From: Chiloscyllium plagiosum
Lineage: Eukaryota
DNA length: 64,000 bases
Direction: 5' to 3'
Assembly: GCF_004010195.1 (NCBI RefSeq)
Contig: NC_057721.1
Coordinates: forward strand, 79,324,286-79,388,285
Shown: positions 36,451 through 47,700 of the stretch, piece after piece
Layout: every line of letters begins with the position of its first letter
Position numbering within the stretch: the first letter of the stretch is position 1
Notes under the pieces: model-generated
The model's database searches: none
What the model was told of the DNA's origin: nothing
What the model saw: the letters and a program-made list of their open reading frames with translations, nothing else
Program-made: the position numbers and the translations under genes

Positions 36451-37959
36451 AATTTCTTCAATGTTTGATGTCATCACTACTTTTCAATAATTTGATAGCT
36501 GGCATCCTGTTTATTTGGGTTTACATATCTGTTTTATTTTTGATGCTTTGTTGACAATAGTTTCCTTTGATCCTTTTTCTGAATTTCCTTCTAGGTTTTG
36601 ATCGCCTGATTTTTTAACACAATGATGGTTGGACTTTTCTCTCACCCTAACAGAAAGATTGTTTCTCCATTGGCTTTCCAGGTGATTATGGAAAGTTGAG
36701 GCAAGATAGGAACTGTGAACTCTAGAACTCTGCAACAGGTTAAGGAGTTGTCTCTTTGTAGATTGTGCTGCACTTGATGCACTCCAACAGGCCAGAGGTG
36801 CCAAATTGAAGTTTTGTGATAACTTCTGACCACCTATCTTTATCACTTATTATCTTATTACTTATTGACGTGCTGTACTACTGCAATGTTTAACCATCGA
36901 TCTGTTAGGGCAAGGACATGATATTCTATCCTGAGCAGGACATTGAGTTAATTATAATATGCCGATCATAATAACTTTGACATCATATGTCATCCTGGGT
37001 TTTAAAGTGCTGTTATAGGTCTGTACGATTGAATATGAATCGGGCTTGTCTCTACACACACCAGCCCCCTTCCCATGTTCCCTATCATTTCCCCTCCTAC
37101 TCTTCTACTAGTCTCCACCTCCCTCCAGACATGGCAAAACCAGGGTTCTGTCAGTGGACATGTTACATTGGCTCATTGCTGGTAGTGAGGGAGGAGCAGA
37201 ATCTCAGGGGTGTAGATTTGAAAATGAAGAATGAGGCACTATGACACCTCCCACTGTGTTGAAGCTGGAGATATTTGCCAATACTCTTTGCTTCAGTAGC
37301 AAAGTCTGATGGATAGCCTATAAATCCAGCCTGCTTCAATCAAGCACATGGTGAGTTGGTGCAATTATCCCGATCTGTCTCGGTTACTCATGGTATTATT
37401 GCTAAACTATTAATCCAGAGACCCAGGTTCAAATCTCACCATGGCAGATGGTGGAATTTGAATTCAATAACAATCTGGAATTAAGGTGTCCGTGAAATTG
37501 TGGTTGATTGTCGGAAGATAGTATCTGGTTCACTAATTCCTTAAGGGCAAGAACTTGTCATCCTCACCCAGTCTGGTTGACCTGGCTCCAACTGAGGACT
37601 GAAAGCAAACCTCAGCTTGTCATGTTGCTAAGTGCTGACCATATAATAAGGGGTAGGAATCAAGTAGTGAGGGGAATGGAGAAAAGGCTGCAAAGGGAAG
37701 TAAGTCAGTTGGCCAAAATTTGTCGGATGGAGCGTAACTTGGTAAAAAGTGTGTTCACTTGGACAGAAAGCAGAGGGAAGCTAATTCTTTTTACATAGAG
37801 AGAGGCAGAATGCTGGGGAACAGAGAGATCTGGCTGTCCATGAATCAAACATCGTCAGCAGGTAGAACATGTAATCAAGACTAGAAATGGAATGTTGGCC
37901 TTTATTGTAAGGGTGATGGAATATAGTGTTTGGGAACTCTTGTTACATTAGCTCAGGCC

Positions 37960-38635
37960 ATCAGGCCAGTTCCATAGCCCAGCAACGTCTCTACTTTCTG
38001 CACAGGCTGAGGAAAGCCCACCTCCCTCCCACCCCCCCCCACCCCGCCCTCCATCCTCACCACATTCTGCAGAGAGTTCATTGAGAGTACCCTGAGCTGC
38101 TGCATCACTGCCTGGTTCGGGAATTGCACTGTCTCGGATTGTAAGACCCTACTGCAGATAGTGAGGGCAGCTGAGAAGATCATCGGGTCCCTCTTCCCAC
38201 TATTACAGACATTTATTCCCATACGCTGCATCCGAAAGGCGAAGAGCATTGTGGAAGACCCCACACACCCCTCACTCAAACCCTTCTCCCTCCTGCCATC
38301 TGGCAGAAGATACCAGAGCATTCAGTCTCTTACGGTCAGACTGTGCAACAGTTTCTTCCCCCAAGCCAACAGGCTCCTTAACATTGTATAATCAGACTCT
38401 TTCCCATCTGAAATTCTTTTCACAACTTCGAATTGCTGCAAGAGCAATGTCTATTATTCATTATCCTTCTGTTACTCTGTAACTTGTTGTTATTTGCACT
38501 TTTTATGCACTTTATGCCATGTACGATCGTGTAGTTTGTGCTGTCCATGTACCACCCTCAGTCCTGCAGGAATGCTGTCTCGTTTTTACTGTATCGGTTG
38601 TATATGGTAGAAATGACAAATAAAATCTACTCTCT
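37960..38635 (+). mobile_element. Rex1/Babar-type LINE 3' fragment
   Basis: IES.LS.CITAWFGN...RAAEKIIG..LP...RC.RKA.SIV.DPTHPS...LLPSGRRY RT C-terminal motif. Confidence 0.75.
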
Positions 38636-41589
38636 AAAACTCTTTCTCTCTCTCTCTCTAGTGTGACCTCTGCTGAAATACTTTGTGCAGGTTTGTACAT
38701 CTTACTTTCAGAGGGGCACATCTGCATTGTGGGCTGTTCAGAAAATGTTTTAGGGATTGAGGGGTTTGTTTTAAGTGAAGGGATTGGCAGATTAGAGATT
38801 AGAAGAATGAGACTGGATTGTAAAATATGAGGGGCTTGGTAGGGTGGGTTTACCTCATGGGGCTGATCTAGAACCAGGGAGCACAGTTTCAAATAAGGGG
38901 TTTCCCATATAAGACACAGATAATACAAAATCTCAGAGAGTTGCCAGTGTTCAGAATTCTCCCCTCCAATAGCACAATGGGACCATTAAACATAATCAAG
39001 TCCATCTTCCTCCCCACCTATCCACTCCAACCTTCCCCACAGACCTGTCACAATTAACCCCCACCTACTTTCCTAGCTGCTTTCCCAGCTACCTTGCCCC
39101 CAGCTCCAATTCCACTCCTCCATTTATCTTTCTGCCCCTTTCCCACCTCCCACATTCGTGATGAAGGGCTTACACCCAAAATGTCGACCCTCCTGCTCCT
39201 CGGATGCTGCCTGACCTGCAGTGCTTTTCCAGCGCCCCACCTTTCAACTCTGACTCGCTAGCATCTGCAGTCCTCACTTCTTCTTTGGATAGCTTACTGA
39301 TTGACAAGAGGATTGAGGGTGTGAGTGCTGACAGAAATGTAGAGTTAAAAATGGGGGTGTGTGGTGATGGCCCAGTGCTATTATCACTAGACAATCAATC
39401 CAGGTCTCAGGTACTGTTCTGGGGACCTGGGTTTGAATCCCACCACAGCAGATACTAGAATTTCAATTCAATAAAACTTTGGAATTAAGAGTCTCATAGT
39501 GAACATGAATTAATTGTGAATTATCAAGAAAAACCCATCTGGTTCCTTAATGCCTTTCAAGGAATGAAATCTGTCATCCCTACACTGACTGGCCTACAAG
39601 TGACTCCAGACCCACAGCAAAGTGGTTGAATCTTAGCAGCCCTCTGGGCAATTAGAGATGGACAACAAATGTTGGCCTCACCAATGATGTTCACAGCCTG
39701 TGAATGAATGAAAGCATCTTTTTGACTATCAGAGCAAGCTTGAGGGGCCAAATGACCTGCTCCTTCTCCTAATTTCTGTGATCTTACATTAATATCTTTG
39801 CACTGTCTGAGCTGAGTCATTGGGTGGGACTGGTTCCAATTCTATGCATGTCAGGTGGATTGCCATCTGTCACACCCTGTGTATCTTTAAAGGAATGACT
39901 GCCTAGTTAAGGATGATCAAGTTGCCCAGCTCAATGGGGTAAGACTATCCCACCTGGGAGTCAGAAAGTCGTTGGTTCAATTATCACTCCTGGGAACTGA
40001 GCACAAAATCCAAGCTGTCAGCCCTGGAGCAGAACCAAGTGACTCCTCAGCTGTCCCTCAATTCAAGAACGATACCTTCTCAGGATTATGGGTTTCTACC
40101 ATGGACTCAACAGGTTGACTCTCAACTTGCAGATGTCAGAGACATGGGCAGGACATTTCACAAGGTAGTAGAATCTGGACTGTGGGACTTTCTTTTCCTT
40201 CTTCAAGATTGTGACTTTGTAGATTATTGTTCCCCTGCCTGGAGACAGTGGGCAGTCTGCTTTTAGGGCACATTTTGTAGGCCACTCCCCATTTGGGTTC
40301 CTTTTCTAAATTAATGTATGGGATGGGAACATTGCTGCCTGGGCCAGCACGTCCTGCCAAGCTCTCTTTGCCCTTGAACTGAGCGGTTTGCTGGGCTATT
40401 TCAGACAGCAGGTAAGAGTCAACACCATTGCTGTGGGTCTGGAGTCAAATATAAGCTAGGCCCATCTGGAAGACAGATTTTACAATAATTGCCAATGGTT
40501 TGTGGTCATCAGACTTTTGATACCAGATTATTTCAAAAAATAAATTAAAATTCCATCGTTTTCCATTAAACCCAGTTGACCAAAACATTTCCCAGGTCTC
40601 TGGAGTCTTAGTCCATTGACAATAACCATCACCTCAGGTTTAGTACAGATTACTAGCAGAGTAATTAGCAGAGCTGATCAATGGGCAATTGGACATTTTC
40701 GCAGTGATGGGGATGGTGTGTTAGTCATCACCAAATGTGCCTAATCCCACACTTAAATTTAAAAAATGGAAATTTACACACTGAGGAAATCAATGAATGT
40801 AGGGGTAAGTCAGGAAGTTGGGAATGAAGTATACCCCTCATTATGTTATGAACTTTTCCAAGGTTATCTCTCAACCTCCTACGCTCCAGGGAAAAAAGTC
40901 CCAGCCTTTCCTTTTAACTCAAATCTTCCATACCCGGCAACATCCTGGTCAATCTCTTCTGAACCCTTCCTATAACAGGGTGACCAGAATTGGACACAGT
41001 ATTCCAGAAGAATCCTTACCAATGTCCTGTACAATCTCAGGATTCACATGACACCAGGTTATAGTGCAACAGGTTTATTTAAAATCACAAAGCTTTTGGA
41101 GCCCTGCTCCTTCATCAGGTGAAGAGACTTCAGTCACTCATAGAAAATAGGAGTAGGCCATTCAGCCCTATGAGCTGATTATTCAACTCAGTCCCTGTTC
41201 CTGCTTTTACCTCCATGCCCTTTGATCCCTCTCACCCTAAGGTCTATAATTCCTTCTTGAAAACATTCATTGTTTTTGGCCTCAACCACTTTCTGTGGCA
41301 GAGAACCTGTCTAACATATGACAAATGCATCTCTTGGGCAATGAGAAGTAAAGCTGTTGTATCCAGCCTTCAGAAAGATAGAGGGGAGAGATTAGGCAAA
41401 GCTGTCCTGGTCCCCCAGCTGTTTCTCTTCCTTCCCCTTATTCCGATTATCATTAAATCATTGGCACATTTTGTCATTCAAAATGCATTTTCTTTCTCTC
41501 ATTATTTTCCAGGTTTGTCTTTGCGGATCTTTGTGAGCTGAACATAATATTTCCGTGTAAGAGCAGAATCAATTGAGACAGCTGAGCTA

Positions 41590-41719
41590 ATGAGGGCACT
41601 CCTACTTCTCAGTCTCCTGCTTATGTCAATAGGTGCCAAGGTCTATGAGAAATGCGAATTTGCTCGGATTTTGAAGGATAAAGGATTAGATGGATTTCAC
41701 AGGCACAGATTGGCGGACT
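41590..41719 (+). CDS. lysozyme-like gene C exon 1 (absent from the ORF track)
   Basis: Signal peptide ...SIGA|KVYEKCE, GLDGF motif; donor GTGAGT at 41720. Confidence 0.92.
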
Positions 41720-44700
41720 GTGAGTCTCACTGTTTCATTGCTTTTTAACAAAGCCCAGTGCATTTATGTATCCGCACTAGGCCCTCTCTTTCACCTCATT
41801 GCCTGTCACAATAGTGTTCATGTTAGGTTCCTGTCAGTGAGTTAGAGAGTCAATGCACTGTGTGATGTCGGGCTGGGCTTTACAGAGCCCCCAGCTACAG
41901 GGGGCCAGCCGCTACCAGGAAGAGAAAGCATTAGAGGAGAGAAGGGGGAAACAGCTGAAATACGGTTTTACCTTCCTCACGTCGGTGCATCTTCAGGTCT
42001 CAGCAAATAAGAAACTGCAGGTAGGCCAAAAATAAAAACAGAAAGTGGCCGGAGAAACCCAACAGTTCAGTCAGCATCTGAAGGCAGAGAAAGAGATTTA
42101 GGTTGTGACTTTTCATCAGATTTGATGTTAGGTCCTGTAGTGCTCTGTTTGATCTCCATCTCATCTCTATCCCTCCATTTCCAAATCCATTTCATTAAAT
42201 TATGTTGACACTGCTTTGATGGCATTAAGCTTTTCCAAATGTCTTCCTTGATAATGGACTCTAACTCTTTTTCAATGATAGGTGTGATGTGGAGGTGCCA
42301 GTGTTGGACTGGTGTGGACAAAGTCAGAAGTCACATGACACCTGACGAAGGAGCAGTGCTCCGAAAGTTTGTGATTTCAAATAAACATATTGTACGAGAT
42401 CCTGGTGTCATGTGACTTCTGTCAATGTATTACGCTATAGTTTTCTACTTTCTCTGTCCCTCCATTCTTGAACAAGGGTGGCCCATTAGTGATTTTCCAA
42501 TCTGCTGGAACCCTCCAAGTTTCTTGTGAGTTCTAGAATATTACAACCGATGCTTCCTCTACCTCTGAAGCCACTTCCTTTAAAGTTCTTGAATACAAGC
42601 CAGCAGGTCCTGGCAACTACTCAGCTATAAGTTTGTCAAATATTTTATCCCTCCTGATGGTGACTATTGAAGAATTTTGTTCCCATTAGCATTTTGCTTA
42701 CATGTTATCTTTCAGATGCTCATAGCATTCTCACTCAAAGTCCAAAACAAAATATTGTTTTAATTCATTTGCCATTTCCCTTTATTAATTCCCGAGAGTT
42801 GCATCTTCCAAGAGCCTCACATTCACTTTAGCTACTCTCTTTTTGTAAACTTGCAGAAGCTCTTTCTGTTTGTTTTTATGTTTCTTGTCAATTTAGTTTC
42901 ACAGTTTTTTTTTCCTTTTCATTGGCATTTTAGTCATGCATTGCTGGTTCCTTCAAGATTCCCAATCCTTTGGCCTACCAATAATTTTTGTTACTTTGTA
43001 TACCTTGGTTTTTGATTGCATACTCTCCTTGTCTATCTTTGTTAATCACAGGTGGTACATCCTTCTTATTTAATCATGGTTTTAGACCCGAATAAATTTT
43101 GGCTAAGTGTTACAAAATATTGCTGAAACACTGCTTATCTGCTAATTTTCCCCTCAGTCAATTTTTCCTGCTTTAGGCAACTCTTTCTCCATATGTCAGT
43201 AATTGGCCTTGTTTAGGTTGAGGACACTGCTTTGAGACCTGAGGTGCTCTCACTCAAACTGAATTTGAATTTCCACCATCACTACTCCCTAGAGAACACT
43301 TAACTATCAAAGTAAAAGTCAGAGAAAGGCCTGAGGTGCAACGTAACTGAAATCTAAGTGGAGCAAATTTATGACAGAACAACAGAGGGAGCAACAAAAC
43401 AAAATGAAAGATTTCAACTGCAGGAGATTTTGGGGCCATTGAATAATGTAGTGTTCTACATGTACTGAAAATGTTGTCCGGAGATCCTGAAGTAACATTC
43501 CAAAAATTGATCTAAACCTTCCTCGCAATTTGAGCAACAGAGATGGTCGATGAAATGGGATGGTGGATTTAGGTTACGGTGAAAGGGTGGGATGAAGCAA
43601 AGTGGGAGGAGGCTTACATGGAGTAGAAACACCAGCAGAGACCTTCTGGGCATTTCTGAGCTGGTATATGATGAACACAATAGAAGGAATTCACCAATCA
43701 CTTTCCAAACAGTGAAGTTGGTGCCCATTTTAGATGTCACGTGACTCCGTACAGCATGCATTCACTGTTAACACTAACTGAAGTATAAACAAGAACCTGC
43801 AATTATCTGAGAGCTATGGATGGCCAAGCTGTTTGAAACATTTTACAAATGCCAAGTTAACTCGAGTTAAATCTTTGCACAATTTGCTCTTTGTGCTGAA
43901 AACCAACAACACTGCATTCACTGCCAAACCCCAGAATTGGACATTGATTTCTGGTTAGGTTTCCTGGTTACTTTGCATCACCAATCACCTAATTCTGCCA
44001 AATAGGCTTTAATTCTCCATTTCCAGATTCAACAAAACATTGCAAAGTAGGCAAAAAAAAACCTCTCCTGTGAATCTGCTTCTCAGGGCTGCTGCTAGTC
44101 TTCATTGCTCATGGAATTAACTTTCAGTTTCTGGGGATGTCCGAGTAATCATTGATAGTTGGAAAATCTTTCAGCGAGTGCACTTGACCGAATTCTTGTG
44201 ACTGTGAGCAAACCAAAAAAGTAAAGGTTAAAAGTGAGTCAAACTTGTGTTTGTGAAATATTACAGCCAATTGTGTCCTTGTGCTGTTTTAATTTTAGGG
44301 GTGTGTATGGTTGACATTGAAAGTGGATACAACACAACGTTAAAAAGACATTACCGCTATCTTGGAATAATCACATCAACTAACTATGGGATTTTCCAGA
44401 TCAACAACAAGGAGTGGTGCAATGATGGTACACCTACATTCAGCTACAATCTTTGTCAAATCAACTGTAGCAGTAAGTTGACCAACACTACATCAATCTT
44501 GTTTTTGTCTTGTACCTGCTGTGGTTCCATGAATAGCACTCTCAACCTCTGAGCCAGAGGATGTGAGTTTAAAGTGTCCTCCGAAGCATAACTGCCAAGG
44601 CAGCGTTTCTAGCTCCTGCGATATTGATAGAGTGCAGCGCTGTCAGTGGCACAGCCTTATGGACCCTGGTTGCCCTCTCAGGTAGCTGCACTTTTCCAAA

Positions 44701-47700
44701 GATGAGCAGGAGAGTTAATTTCTCACCTTGAACCAACATAATTGAAAGAACAAAGATGATCTGGCCATTAAAATTGCCGTTTGTGGGAGGTTGTGGTTTG
44801 CAATTTGATTACTAAGTTTGCAGCTCCTAAAAACTGAATCAGTCCAAATGTTACAAGACTTGGAAAGTATGCAGGCCTGGGCTGACAAGTGGCAAGCAAC
44901 ATTTGTGCAAGGCAATGACATTCTCAACTACAAGACATCTAACATATAACCACTGTTCCTTGACAGTCAATGGTGTTACCATCACTGTATCCCACACTAT
45001 TTATTTCATGGGGGTTACCATTAACTCGAAACTAAATTGGATTTGCCATATACCGTATATATTCAAGTAATAGTCGAGCTCATGTAAAAGTCAACCCCCT
45101 ATTTTTGGCCAAATAACCTGGGATTTTCCATTTATCTCATGTAAAAGTTGACCCCAGTTCTTCACAGATAACAGATCAACGTTTATGAGTCAGTGTGCAG
45201 GCCGCCACGTTCCGTTCCAGTTTTCCAATCTGCTGGTTGTTCTGCTCTGCTCCCGGTCTTCCAGTCCTCTGGCTGTTAGTTCCACTCCAGGTGTTTGGAA
45301 TTACCATAATTCATTTCTTTCAGCCCCTCAAAAGTAGTATCCATGTAATAGTTGACCCCCAAAATTTTACCTTAAAAAGTAGTCATAAAAATATGACTAT
45401 TACTCGAGTATGTACAGTAAATACAGGAGCTAAAGGTTCAGGTCAGACATTAGGAATATTGCAGCAAGAACTCACCTCCTGACTCACCAAATTCTGTCCA
45501 CCTGATGTCCACAAGACAAACATCAGAAGTGTGATAGAATATTCCCCACTTGCCTGGATGGGTGCAGCTCCAACAACACTCAAGAAGCTTGACACCATCC
45601 AGGACAAAGCAGCCCACTTCATTTACACCAACCCTAACATCAATCACCTCTATCACCAATGTACAGTAGCAGCATCTAGACGATCAGTAATATGAATACA
45701 AAATTAGGCAGGAAGTGGAGAAATTAGATTGGGGGAGTCTGAGGATAAATCTTTCAAAGGCCAGTTGATCAGAGTTCAGGACCAGCACATTCCTGTGAGG
45801 TCTCACAGGTGAGGCCTTCGAAGACTTGAGAAAGGCCAATGTTGGTTGGTTGTTTGTGAAGGACAAGAGGGATAACCCAGGTAATTTTAGGCTGGTGAGC
45901 CTTACATCGTGGTAGGCAAATTATTGGAGAAGACTATTAGGCTCTAGGATTACTCGCATTTGGGAAAGAATGGGCTATACAGAAATAGTCAGCATTTGTG
46001 CAAGGGTGGTCTTGTCTCAGAAACGGGATAGAGTTTTTCGAGGAAGTGACAAAGATGATTGCTGAGGATAGGGATGTCTATATGGACTTTACTAAAGCAT
46101 TTGACAAGGTTTGTCATGGTAGTCTGGTCTAGTGGATTAAATCACTTGGGATCCACATTGATTTGGTAAATTGGATAAAAAAATTGGCTTGGTCACAGGA
46201 GACAGAGGATAGTTGTGAAGGAGTGTTGTTTTGACTGGAGCTCTGTGATTACTAGTGTTATGCAAGGTTCAGAGCTGGGACCTCTGCTGATTGTAAAATG
46301 TATAAATGGTTTCAGTGAAAATGTAAGTGGTCTCATTAGTAAGTTCGTAGCTGACACAAACATTGATGGAGTTGTGGATAGTGAGGACGATCACCAAAGG
46401 ATACAGTAGGATATTGATCAATTGGCAAGTTGGGTATAGAAATGGCAAACAGGGTTTACTCTAGACAAGTATGTGGTGATGCATTTTGGCAGATCAAATC
46501 AATGGAAAATGTACAGTAAATGACAGGACCCTGAGGAGCATTGATACACTGAGGGATCTTGGGGTACAAGTTCAAAGCTCCCTGATAGTAATAACACAAC
46601 TAGATAAGGTGGTAAGGAAGGCACATGGTATGTTGCCTTCATTGGTTATGGCATTGAATATAAAAGTGATATTACAGCTGGATTGCCACATTTTGGAGTA
46701 TGGAGTGCAATTCTGGTTGCAACACTACAGGAAGGATGTGGAGGCTTTGGAGAGGGTGGGAAAGAGGTTTGCCAGGAGGTTGCCTGGATTGGAGTGTATC
46801 AGATATAAAGGGAGGATGGACAAATCTGGATTGTTTTCACTAGAGTGTCAGAGTCTGAGGGGTGACCTGATAGAGAAGTATATAAAATTATGAGAGGCAA
46901 GGGTAGGGTGGATCGTCAGAGACCGGAAATGTCAAATATTAGGAGGATTACGTTTGAAGTGAGGGGGGGAAAGATTAAAGAAAATGTGAGAGGCAGGATT
47001 TTTATGCAGAGGATGGTAGGTTTCTGGAATGCACTGCCAGGGGAGTCAGTAGAAGCAGAGACGATAGCCACATTTAAGAGACATTCAGACAGACATAGGT
47101 AGGGATTTGAGGGGTACAGACCATGTGCAGGCATGTGAGATTAGTTTACAATAATGTTAAGGTCAGCACAGACATGATGGGCCAAAGGGCCTGATCTTGT
47201 GCTGTATTGGTGAGGTCAGTGCAGAACAGATAGAGAGAGAGAGAGAGGGGAAGAGAGAGAGAGAAAGAGAGAGAGAGGGAAACCCACACTGCTCCCCGAC
47301 ACAGCAGTTACTGTCTTTGCTGTTTAATTCATGTATCACTGGACACCGAACTGCATCTGGGAAAATGAACAAACAGTGAAATTCACAACTGAGCATGAGG
47401 AACCTGTTTGGGAGAGGTCAGAGCACAGAGACAGATAAGTGAATAGATTTAAATGTGGCTTTGGGGCCTTGCTCTCAGTCAGCAGTAATGAATATATTGT
47501 GTTCTTTCTTGATTATATGTTTTATTGAGATATGTCTCTTGATTGAACATAAAATATAAGCCATAAGTATTATGTTAGCCTGGAGCAGTGTTTTGTAGAG
47601 GAATAAGACAGTGCTATTTTCTGGGTCTGTCACTTGGAAGTACAAATGGCCTTTCGTAGAGTGATATGCTCTTCTTGTCAGATGTGGCAGTTTAGGGAGA

